NCBI GenBank assembly: GCA_046498265.1
Contig: JAWOBB010000054.1
Location: 12,026 to 76,025 of the forward strand
Direction: 5' to 3'
Length of the DNA stretch: 64,000 nucleotides
From: Dehalococcoidia bacterium
GTDB taxonomy: Bacteria; Chloroflexota; Dehalococcoidia; SZUA-161; SpSt-899
The notes under the pieces are model-generated. The model saw nothing but the letters and a program-made list of their open reading frames with translations, did not search any database and was not told the DNA's origin. Positions 18,629 through 26,937 of the stretch are shown in pieces (the first letter of the stretch is position 1; every line of letters begins with the position of its first letter). The position numbers and the translations under genes were made by a program.

Positions 18629-19782
18629 TTCCTGCCGGCCTCCAGCATCTCCAGGAATGCCTGGACCCTGGTGGCGACCTGCCCGGAGCCGGACGAGCCG
18701 TATTCCACGTCCAGAGCCAGGGTCGGGATCCCCTCTTCCTGTAATCTCTCGGTGAGCAGAGGCAGATCATGAGAATATGGCACGCAAAAGCGAACGATCT
18801 GGCTGATGACGCCGTCGACCCGGTAGGCGCGGGCAAATTCAACTATCCGGTCGAAACGTACCTCGGAAGGATACATTCGGGCACAGGGGAAGTTATTCAG
18901 ATAACGCCGCGATATTGCCTCCAGGATGGGCCGGCCGTCGTCCAGGATTATCTCATCCCCCCAGTAGCGGGTGCTGGTGCACAACTCATCGGTGACTACC
19001 AGCGCTCCCTGGGCCTCTATCGATTTGATAAATTCCGGATTGGTGAGCACGCTCCCGTTGATCATCACCCTGGCCCGACCTTTGAAGGTCCGGTCTGAGG
19101 CCTCAAGCTCCTCAATCAACTCCCCAAGCCACTGGTTAAAGATCTCCTTGGGCATGCGGTAAGCGGCGTTGAGAACCTCCATCACCTCCGCACCGTTAAT
19201 AGGGGGCTCATCTCGTTTGCGCAGCTCGTAAAGCTGCTTCAGCAGCTGACGTGATTTGTTGTAAAGCTGAGCCGATTCCCGGATCGCCTCATCGCTGATG
19301 GTGAATCCCAGATATTCCTCCAGGTGCTCCTTGAATTGGATTACCTCGTGGTAGTAAAGCTGGTGAGCCCTTTCGGTGTATTTGCGGGGGACGGTCATGA
19401 CGTGATGGAAGGGTGTGCCGATATACTGCCTCCAGATATCGAAAAGCCGCCTGGCCCCGTCACAGGTGGAGCCGCCGACCACGCCATCGAGAAAGTCGTA
19501 CTGGCCCTCAAGCCCCAGTTGGAGGCAACTTCGGGAGAAAGAACAGTTGTTGATATAAAGGAGGGCGGTACCGTCGTCTGTTTCTGCCTCGGTCGAATAG
19601 CCGATTATCCTGATAGGGAGAATGCCGGCAGCATGGAGTATCTCCTCCGGGGCATAGGTGCAAAGCCAGCCGAATACCTTTTTACCCTGTTGCTTGTGAT
19701 TGAGTATCTGGCTGGTCCGGGGGAAGGACTGGTTTAATTCGCGAAAGCGTTCGATTCCCTGCAATTGGGCTGTAGCTGGCAT
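18625..19782 (-). CDS. 2-hydroxyacyl-CoA dehydratase D-component-like subunit (HgdA/BcrC-like; double-cubane-cluster protein family)
   Basis: KVFGWLCTYAPEEILHAAGILPIRI and conserved Cys residues. It overlaps the downstream gene by 4 nt. Confidence 0.8.
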   Translation of the reverse strand: MPATAQLQGIERFRELNQSFPRTSQILNHKQQGKKVFGWLCTYAPEEILHAAGILPIRIIGYSTEAETDDGTALLYINNCSFSRSCLQLGLEGQYDFLDGVVGGSTCDGARRLFDIWRQYIGTPFHHVMTVPRKYTERAHQLYYHEVIQFKEHLEEYLGFTISDEAIRESAQLYNKSRQLLKQLYELRKRDEPPINGAEVMEVLNAAYRMPKEIFNQWLGELIEELEASDRTFKGRARVMINGSVLTNPEFIKSIEAQGALVVTDELCTSTRYWGDEIILDDGRPILEAISRRYLNNFPCARMYPSEVRFDRIVEFARAYRVDGVISQIVRFCVPYSHDLPLLTERLQEEGIPTLALDVEYGSSGSGQVATRVQAFLEMLEAGRK

Positions 19783-19785
19783 AGT

Positions 19786-20655
19786 TTACAAATCCAGTTC
19801 GGGCTGAAAACCAACGAAGATGGCCCCCTGACCGACGGCGTATCCCATCATCGGGCTGTAGACGCTGGTGGTAAGGCTCAGGCACTTGAACTCGCTCTGG
19901 AGCTGATCTGAAAACGCCTGAGCTACATCGGGGGCATTGGCGTGTGATAGGAGGAAATGGAGCTCATCGGCTTCGGCTTCCGTCTTAATCATCTCGATGA
20001 GCTTTTTGAAGCCGTCCGAGCGCTTCCTGACTTTGGCCACCATGTCCATAGTGCCTTCATCGGTCATGCGGTTGATGGGCCTGATATTGAGCAGCGAGAC
20101 GATCCTGGCCGCCGTTTTGGACATCCGTCCCGTTCGATAGACATAGCGCAGCGTGTCCAGCAGCATGTAACCTGCCGTCTTCGGGCGAACCTGTTCCAGG
20201 AGACTTACCGTTTCGTCAAGCGACATATCTTTCTCCAGAGCCCTGACTGCCGCCAGGACAAGCAATCCCTGAGCGCCGGCGGCCGTCTTCGAATCGACTA
20301 TCCGGATTTCGGTTTGAGGGGATTCTTCCCGGAAGCTTTCCGCTGCCAGGTTGGCTGACTGAAAAGCAGCGGTGAAGGCGGAGGATACGGTTATATGCAG
20401 GATATCCTGGCCGGGATTGTGGAATTTGCGATAATATTCCAGAAACTGTCCCGGGGTTATCGCTGCGGCATGGAAATTATCGGGGTCCTTCTCGATCAGC
20501 TCGTAGGCATCGGCGTTGCTGATGGTATCCCCGTCAGCATAGGTTTTATCTCCCGCCACGATGTTGCCGCCGGGGACGATGGCAATGCCGTGCTGCCGGG
20601 CCAGCTCGGGAGGTATGGATGATATCGTATCGGTGATAACCAGTACGTTGGCGAT
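19786..20655 (-). CDS. DegV-family fatty-acid-binding protein
   Basis: NVLVITDTISSIPPELARQHGIAIVPGGNIVAGDKTY is an N-terminal DegV signature. There is no canonical start in frame, so an ATC codon with a perfect AAGGAG RBS is proposed (see findings). The ORF-track start at GTG 20559 truncates the domain. Confidence 0.7.
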   Translation of the reverse strand: MANVLVITDTISSIPPELARQHGIAIVPGGNIVAGDKTYADGDTISNADAYELIEKDPDNFHAAAITPGQFLEYYRKFHNPGQDILHITVSSAFTAAFQSANLAAESFREESPQTEIRIVDSKTAAGAQGLLVLAAVRALEKDMSLDETVSLLEQVRPKTAGYMLLDTLRYVYRTGRMSKTAARIVSLLNIRPINRMTDEGTMDMVAKVRKRSDGFKKLIEMIKTEAEADELHFLLSHANAPDVAQAFSDQLQSEFKCLSLTTSVYSPMMGYAVGQGAIFVGFQPELDL

Positions 20656-20795
20656 GTCGGTTACTCCTTACCTGCTTCAAGCTCATGTTCGCACAGTAAA
20701 TTAAGAAAGTCAATATGAACCTGAGCAAGAAGGGATTCTGGGGCGGGCGTTTTGAGAAAGTGTTATTAATAACTATAATTGAGGAAGGTGGAAAA

Positions 20796-22115
20796 GTGAA
20801 AGAGGGTGACATTATAGTTATCGGGGGTGGGGCCGGCGGGATGATGGCAGCGGGACGGGCAGCCGAACTGGGCGCTAAAGTGATCCTGCTGGAAAAGATG
20901 GAACGCCCCGGCAAGAAGATCCTTATCAGCGGAAAGTCCCGCTGCAACCTGACCAACAGCCGCGACCTCGACGATTTCATCAGCATGTATGGCCCCAACG
21001 GGCGTTTCCTCTATAGGACCTTTAATCGTTTTTTTCGTGATGATCTGCTCGAGTTTTTTGCCCGGTATGGTGTCGGAACCAAAACTGAGCGGGGAGGCCG
21101 CATCTTCCCTGCCTCCGATAATGCTCGGGATGTGGTTAAAGCCCTGGAGCGATATATGGCGGATTACGGAGTAAAGGTACTTCGAGCCAGGGTAACAGGA
21201 TTGCAGATTCACGATGGGAAAGTAGAAAAGGTATATACAGAAAAGGGTTCGTTTCCTGTGGCGGTGGTGATCCTGGCTGCCGGCGGGTCTTCATTCCCTG
21301 CCACCGGTTCGACGGGTGACGGGTATCGGATTGCCGCAGAACTTGGGCATACCATTGTTCCACTGCGTCCGGCGCTGGTCCCAATGATCGTACGGGAAGT
21401 TGAACTGGCCCGGAGTATGCAGGGAGTCAGTTTGCGCAATGTGCGCTTGACTGCTTATCAGTGCCGGGCCGAACACATCAAATCCATGCCCAAACCCAAA
21501 ACCGATTGCGGGCGAGGCACCGCCCGCCAGCAGGCACGAAAACCGATCATCGAAAGTCGAATGGGGGAGATGATGCTGACGCACTTCGGCATCGGCGGGC
21601 CTGTCACCTTGCAGATGAGTCTGGCTATCGTCGATGCTCTCAAAAGCGGCCCGGTGAGCGTGTCCATTGACCTGAAGCCAGCTCTTTCTGATAAGCAGCT
21701 CGAGTTACGCCTCCAGCGCGACTTTGACCTATACGGGAAGCGGGGTTACCGGCGACTGCTTGGAGGATTGCTGCCTCAAAAAATGGTCGGGCCTTTCATT
21801 GAGCTTAGCGGGATTGCAGCCGAAAAACGCGGTAATCAGATCAATGCTGCCGAAAGGCACCGCCTGGCAGACCTCCTGAAGTCACTGAGATTTAACATCG
21901 AGAAGCCGTTGCCCTTGAGCTCGGCGATGGTCACTGCCGGGGGCGTTTCCCTCAAGGAAATCGAGCCGCGCAAAATGGCATCTCGTCTGGTGGAAGGGCT
22001 CTATTTTTGCGGGGAAGTGATGGATATAGATGCCGACACCGGGGGATACAATCTGCAGGCTGCCTTTTCCACCGGATACGTTGCCGGGGAAGAAGCGGCC
22101 CATTATTGTTTGTAG
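20796..22115 (+). CDS. HI0933-like / BaiN-like FAD-dependent oxidoreductase
   Basis: DIIVIGGGAGGMMAAGRAAELGAKVILLEK dinucleotide-binding motif, KSRCNLTN, and a C-terminal GEVMDIDADTGGYNLQ flavoprotein signature. GTG start at 20796 with a GAGGAAGG RBS. Confidence 0.8.
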   Translation: MKEGDIIVIGGGAGGMMAAGRAAELGAKVILLEKMERPGKKILISGKSRCNLTNSRDLDDFISMYGPNGRFLYRTFNRFFRDDLLEFFARYGVGTKTERGGRIFPASDNARDVVKALERYMADYGVKVLRARVTGLQIHDGKVEKVYTEKGSFPVAVVILAAGGSSFPATGSTGDGYRIAAELGHTIVPLRPALVPMIVREVELARSMQGVSLRNVRLTAYQCRAEHIKSMPKPKTDCGRGTARQQARKPIIESRMGEMMLTHFGIGGPVTLQMSLAIVDALKSGPVSVSIDLKPALSDKQLELRLQRDFDLYGKRGYRRLLGGLLPQKMVGPFIELSGIAAEKRGNQINAAERHRLADLLKSLRFNIEKPLPLSSAMVTAGGVSLKEIEPRKMASRLVEGLYFCGEVMDIDADTGGYNLQAAFSTGYVAGEEAAHYCL

Positions 22116-22741
22116 TCCAGCACCACCGTTTGCATATCGATCGGCATGGTCGATTTGGTGATGTTGAGCCTGGGCTCAGGGATAATATCTTTGGCCCCCA
22201 TCTCCTTGAGGAATTTGTCCGGCGGCTCCAGGTCCCTGGCAATGGCATCGGTTTTGTAGTGCATGGGGATCACGAAGGTGGGGGTCATTATATTGACCAC
22301 CTCGATGGCGACGGAAGCATCTATGGTGGAATTGCCGCCTACCGGAATGAGCAGAACATCGATATCGCTTATCTCGTCCAATTGGGCCGCGGTAGGGATA
22401 TGCCCCAGGTCTCCGAGATGGCAAATCTTGATGTCGTCGATCTCTATCAGATAGGAGGTGTTCTTGCCCCTTTCCTCGCCCTTTTTGTCATCATGATAAG
22501 TCCTGACCCCATAGATAAAAATGCCGGCGATTTCGTATTCCCCGGGCCCCGCGATCACTTTGGGGTTACCATCTATAGCACTGACGCAGTTGTGGCCGGG
22601 GTGATCGTGACTGACAGTCACGATGTCGGCCGATACCTTCCCTATTTTGTAACCGATGCTCTCGTCAAAGGGATCGTTAATAACTGTACCGTTCCTGGAT
22701 TTCAGTTTAAAACAGGAATGCCCCAGCCATGTGATTTCCAT
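22103..22741 (-). CDS. MBL-fold metal-dependent hydrolase (UPF0173-like)
   Basis: VSHDHPGHN HxHxxH-variant motif. 212 aa. There is a 1 nt gap after the symporter gene. Confidence 0.75.
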   Translation of the reverse strand: MEITWLGHSCFKLKSRNGTVINDPFDESIGYKIGKVSADIVTVSHDHPGHNCVSAIDGNPKVIAGPGEYEIAGIFIYGVRTYHDDKKGEERGKNTSYLIEIDDIKICHLGDLGHIPTAAQLDEISDIDVLLIPVGGNSTIDASVAIEVVNIMTPTFVIPMHYKTDAIARDLEPPDKFLKEMGAKDIIPEPRLNITKSTMPIDMQTVVLDYKQ

Positions 22742-22742
22742 A

Positions 22743-24119
22743 TTATCTCTTGACTCCTCTCGTTAGCCAGCTTACACCAAACAACAGTATAACACAAATG
22801 CCCAGGCCCAGCAGTTCCAGATTTTCGATTTCCGCCAGCTTTATCCCCAGCGCCACACTACCTCCTCCAACGATAGCCGCCAGTGCCCCTGCAGAATTTA
22901 CTTTTAACTTGTCCTTATAGAATCCGGCGATGACCGGGACGACGATCCCGCTGGTGAAAATCGTGTACGAATAAAAGAGGGAGTTGATGATACCTCTGAG
23001 GTGCATGGCCACAAGCAGGGCCAGCCCCCCGATAATTACCACCCCCAATCTCGAAATCAGAAGGTTTCGGCGTTCGCCGGCATGGGGGAAAACCTTCCCG
23101 TGGATATCGATGCCCAGTATGGTGCTGGTGGTCAGCAGAACGGTATCTGCCGATGACATTATGGCAGCCAGCAGGGCGGCGATGACCAGGCCGCTTACCC
23201 CGATCGGCATGACTTCCTGGATTACGACAGGGAAACACTCTTCTGAGGGGATATCCGGGAACATCACTTTGGCTCCCATTCCAATGAGAACGATAACGAA
23301 GGCAATAGGGATTGCCATGAGCGCAGCTGTAATCGCCGATGAGGTGGCAACTTTTTCATCGCGGGCACAAAAGAGCCGGGAATATATATCGGGGCCCACC
23401 ACATAGGTGGCGCCGGTCAGTATCAGGAACAGGACCCAGTCGTACCATCCGAAACTGGCATTCACCGGGAAGGAGAAATAAGCCTCAGGAAGGGAATCGG
23501 TAAGTCCGCTCATTCCTCCTATGTCATCCAGGACCAGCCCGAGGCTTACCATTATCCCCACGGCCAGTATGCCGAACTGGAGGAAATCGGTCCGGATGAT
23601 GGAATACTGCCCTCCCAGGACAGTGTAGAGGACGAAGACGGCGGTTGAGATACCCATCAGCAGTTCAAGGTCCCATGACGGAAGGAGGACATTGAGGATC
23701 TTGCCGGCGGCGATTATTTGCGCCGCAGCGATGGCCACCCAGGCGACCACGATCACCAGGGAGGCCGCCAACCCGGCTTCCCGACCATACTGCTTTTCCA
23801 CCAGTTCCGGCAAAGTATAGAGTCCGAATCGCCTCACTCTTTTGGCCAGGAAAAGGCCGAGGATAGCCAGCCCGATGGCCCCCACCAGCAGCCACCAGGC
23901 ACCTGGCAGGCCCATCCGATAGCCCCTGCCCGCCATGCCCAGCACAACCGAGGAACCCATGAAGGTGGCGCAGAGGGAGCCGACCATCAAAAGCGTGCCG
24001 CCTTTGCGTGCCGCCACGAAAAAGCCTTCGCTGCTCGAGGCCTGTCCCCGCTTGAAGGCATACAGCCCGATGCCCAGCATCATCAGGAAATAAAGGGCTA
24101 TGATGATTTTATCCGGCAT
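22743..24119 (-). CDS. Sodium:solute symporter family (SSS) transporter
   Basis: 458 aa, about 12-13 TM helices, SSS-like N-terminus (GFFVAARKGG). Confidence 0.85.
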   Translation of the reverse strand: MPDKIIIALYFLMMLGIGLYAFKRGQASSSEGFFVAARKGGTLLMVGSLCATFMGSSVVLGMAGRGYRMGLPGAWWLLVGAIGLAILGLFLAKRVRRFGLYTLPELVEKQYGREAGLAASLVIVVAWVAIAAAQIIAAGKILNVLLPSWDLELLMGISTAVFVLYTVLGGQYSIIRTDFLQFGILAVGIMVSLGLVLDDIGGMSGLTDSLPEAYFSFPVNASFGWYDWVLFLILTGATYVVGPDIYSRLFCARDEKVATSSAITAALMAIPIAFVIVLIGMGAKVMFPDIPSEECFPVVIQEVMPIGVSGLVIAALLAAIMSSADTVLLTTSTILGIDIHGKVFPHAGERRNLLISRLGVVIIGGLALLVAMHLRGIINSLFYSYTIFTSGIVVPVIAGFYKDKLKVNSAGALAAIVGGGSVALGIKLAEIENLELLGLGICVILLFGVSWLTRGVKR

Positions 24120-24179
24120 TAATTAACTCCTGTGATTTTATTGGCGGGCACCTGCAATTCTCCCCGGCTAAGATAATGC

Positions 24180-25139
24180 CTATCTCAAGCGGACATCTCC
24201 GGCGATGATTCTTACCTGAGCGCCGTCCTTTTGCTGGAGGATGAGGGCTCCATCCCGGTCTATATCCACCGCCCGACCTACCAGGTGCTCCGTTGAGGAG
24301 CTGACGGTGACCTCAGATCCGATGGTATTGCTTAGTTTTTTCCATTGTTGGCGCAGATTTTCGAATCCGGATTCGGTGAATTCATCGTAAAGAGCCTCGA
24401 GTTCGGCCAAAATACACTGAAGGAGTTTCACTCTCGGGATCTGTTTCCCTCCTGCCTGCATCAGGGAAGTGGCCTCCTCTCTAACCTGGGGCGGGAATGT
24501 TTCGGAAGTGATATTAACGTTCAGGCCGATACCGATGATGACCCATTCAAGGCGATCCATCTCGGCGCTCATCTCAGTAAGGATTCCCCCCGCTTTGCGC
24601 CCGCTTAAGATGATATCGTTAGGCCATTTCAGACTTGGGTTAAGGCAGGTCAGCTGCTCGATGCCCCGGGCTACTGCCAGACCGGCAATCAGGGGTAACT
24701 GCAAAGCTTCAGTAGGCTTGATATCAGGGCGCAGGATAATGGAAAAATATATTCCCCCGACTGCCGATACCCATCCCCTGGCGATCCTTCCTCTCCCCCC
24801 ACTCTGGGTTTCGGCCACGACCACGGTCCCCTCCACTGCCCCCTCTGAAGCCAGCGATTTGGCCACCGCCTGCGTGGAGGTTACTTCCCGGCGGTAAATT
24901 ATCTCTCCCCCCAGCATCCGGGTGCTGAGTCCCGATTTGATCTCGTTGGGGAGGAGCCTGTCGGGGGCGCTGACTAAGTAATAGCCCCGGCCGGTTACGG
25001 AATCGATCCGGTATCCCTCGAGGCGCAACTTGTTGATATACTTCCAGACCGCTGTCCGGGATACGCCGGTCATCGAGGCCAGTTCTTCACCGGAAACCGG
25101 GCCCCCATGGCGCAGCCTGGCCAGTATTTTCTCTTTCAC
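24180..25139 (-). CDS. birA: Bifunctional biotin-[acetyl-CoA-carboxylase] ligase / biotin-operon repressor BirA
   Basis: N-terminal HTH (GEELASMTGVSRTAVWKYINKL), catalytic GRGRIARGW motif, and a C-terminal SH3-like domain. Confidence 0.9.
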   Translation of the reverse strand: MKEKILARLRHGGPVSGEELASMTGVSRTAVWKYINKLRLEGYRIDSVTGRGYYLVSAPDRLLPNEIKSGLSTRMLGGEIIYRREVTSTQAVAKSLASEGAVEGTVVVAETQSGGRGRIARGWVSAVGGIYFSIILRPDIKPTEALQLPLIAGLAVARGIEQLTCLNPSLKWPNDIILSGRKAGGILTEMSAEMDRLEWVIIGIGLNVNITSETFPPQVREEATSLMQAGGKQIPRVKLLQCILAELEALYDEFTESGFENLRQQWKKLSNTIGSEVTVSSSTEHLVGRAVDIDRDGALILQQKDGAQVRIIAGDVRLR

Positions 25140-25169
25140 CAGGCAAAATTTTAGGGTGTTTCTAATTTA

Positions 25170-25201
25170 TTGTCAACCACAAGCGCTAGCGTGGTTAACA
25201 A
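25170..25201. promoter_or_regulatory. Putative BirA operator (TTGTCAACC-N14-GGTTAACAA inverted repeat)
   Basis: Near-perfect 9 bp inverted repeat. It lies 31 nt upstream of the birA start. Confidence 0.6.
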
Positions 25202-25208
25202 TAAGCTA

Positions 25209-25237
25209 TTGACAAATCATACTGTAAAATGTTAAAT
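25209..25237 (+). promoter_or_regulatory. sigma70-type promoter of the hrcA operon (TTGACA-17-TTAAAT)
   Basis: Canonical -35, a 17 nt spacer, an A/T-rich -10, immediately followed by CIRCE. Confidence 0.5.
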
Positions 25238-25248
25238 TTTACAGGTAA

Positions 25249-25275
25249 TTAGCACTCTAATCACAAGAGTGCTAA
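25249..25275. promoter_or_regulatory. CIRCE operator (TTAGCACTC-N9-GAGTGCTAA)
   Basis: Perfect match to the CIRCE consensus, directly upstream of and overlapping the hrcA start. Confidence 0.9.
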
Positions 25276-26303
25276 AGGGAGTTAAGGTGCTTACGGAAAG
25301 AAGAAGTAAGATACTTCGTCATCTCATCCAGGAATATATATCGACGGCAGTGCCCGTTTCGTCGAGGAGCATTGCCCATAAATACGAGGCTAAAGTCAGT
25401 TCGGCTACCGTTCGAAACGAACTGGCTCAGCTGGAAAAGGATGGGTATATAGTCCAGCCTTACACCTCGGCCGGACGCATTCCATCTGCCAAGGGTTATC
25501 GCTATTATGTGGAAACGCTGCTGGACAGTCAGGAGCTGACCCTCGATGAGCAGTTGCAGATTCGGCATCAGTTCTATCAGATACACCAGGGGATCGACGA
25601 CCTGGTTCATCTTTCGGCCACCGTCCTTTCCCGAATGCTCCATAATGTGGCCATTGTTACCTCCCCAAAGGTGACGTCACCGATGGTGAAGACGCTTAAT
25701 CTTCTTTCGCTCAAGGAGTTTTCGGCCCTCTTCACCGTGGTCTTTCAGGATGCCGGATACAAGCAGCAGACCGTCTCGTTGGACGATTCCCTGATGCAGG
25801 AAGATCTCAATATCATTTCCGCTAAATTCACCGAATACTACGCAGGCCTGACCGGCGATGAAATCAGGGCCAGGAAAGATGAACTTTCCCCAATCGAAGA
25901 GCAGTTGCTCAAAGCTTTGCTGGAGATGATCGATTCGGTCGGGGAGCGGGTCATTGAAGATCCTTATTATGACGGGCTGGCTCAGATTATGGCCCAGCCG
26001 GAATTTGCTACCAGTGAGCGGGCGCTGGTGCTCATGGAATTGCTGGAGGAGCGGGCTTTACTAAGCTCGATTCTGGCACAGGCCCCGAAGGACGAGAAAC
26101 TGCGAGTCATTATCGGTAATGAAAACCCTGAGTCGACATTGCATGATTTCTCTATCGTGTTGAGTCGTTATGGTTTGCCCGAACAAGGGAGAGGTGTAGT
26201 GGGTATTGTCGGCCCGACCCGAATGGCTTATGGGAAAACCCTGCCTGCCGTTCGGTACCTCTCCGAGGTTATGAGCGAGTTACTTTTCAAACTATATGAG
26301 TAG
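25269..26303 (+). CDS. hrcA: Heat-inducible transcription repressor HrcA
   Basis: LTERRSKILRHLIQEYISTAVPVSSRSIA winged-helix N-terminus. GTG start at 25269 or 25287. Confidence 0.9.
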   Translation: MLKGVKVLTERRSKILRHLIQEYISTAVPVSSRSIAHKYEAKVSSATVRNELAQLEKDGYIVQPYTSAGRIPSAKGYRYYVETLLDSQELTLDEQLQIRHQFYQIHQGIDDLVHLSATVLSRMLHNVAIVTSPKVTSPMVKTLNLLSLKEFSALFTVVFQDAGYKQQTVSLDDSLMQEDLNIISAKFTEYYAGLTGDEIRARKDELSPIEEQLLKALLEMIDSVGERVIEDPYYDGLAQIMAQPEFATSERALVLMELLEERALLSSILAQAPKDEKLRVIIGNENPESTLHDFSIVLSRYGLPEQGRGVVGIVGPTRMAYGKTLPAVRYLSEVMSELLFKLYE

Positions 26304-26317
26304 CATGGAGGCATTTA

Positions 26318-26905
26318 GTGGCCAAGGGGAAAAAAGAGGAAGTTCAGCCGGAAGATGAGCAGTCTGGCGGGGAGAAGCAACCGGAAGAGGCGCAGCCAAC
26401 TCCGACGGGAGAGGAACAGCCTTCTCTGTCGGATGCGGAACGAGCGGAGCAGTATCTGGCCAACTGGCAGCGGACTCAGGCCGATTTTGCCAATTATAAA
26501 AAACGGGCCGAGCAGGAGAAGGCTGAATTTTCCAGGTTTGCTAATGCCTCTTTGATGAACAGTATTTTGCCTGTGATAGATGACTTTGAACGGGCCCTTG
26601 AGAATGCTCCTGAGGAGGGCAATTCTGAGTGGATGGAAGGAATTAAGCTTATCTACAGGAAACTGATGGGTGTGCTGGAGGGGCAGGGGCTCTCAAAAAT
26701 CGAAGCTGAGGGTAAAGATTTCGACCCCAATTTCCATCAGGCTGTTTTGCATGAGGAGGGTGAGGAAGGCAGGGTGTTGCAGGAGTTACAGAAAGGTTAT
26801 ATGATACACGACCGATTACTCAGGCCTGCCATGGTAACTGTCGGCAAGGGAAAGTCGGAAGAGACGGATGGCGGGGAAGTCGATACCGAACAAAATGACA
26901 GCTGA
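26318..26905 (+). CDS. grpE: Nucleotide exchange factor GrpE
   Basis: QYLANWQRTQADFANYKKRAEQEK coiled-coil signature. It follows hrcA and precedes dnaK. Confidence 0.9.
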   Translation: MAKGKKEEVQPEDEQSGGEKQPEEAQPTPTGEEQPSLSDAERAEQYLANWQRTQADFANYKKRAEQEKAEFSRFANASLMNSILPVIDDFERALENAPEEGNSEWMEGIKLIYRKLMGVLEGQGLSKIEAEGKDFDPNFHQAVLHEEGEEGRVLQELQKGYMIHDRLLRPAMVTVGKGKSEETDGGEVDTEQNDS

Positions 26906-26937
26906 TGATCGATAATCAATAACTCAAGGAGGAGTTT

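Noticed and set aside
20752-20779. TTGAGA-16-TATAAT promoter for the HI0933-like flavoprotein
   Set aside because: The hexamers are good, but the -10 would lie only 17 nt from the GTG start and overlap the RBS, so TSS placement is implausible. Left uncalled.
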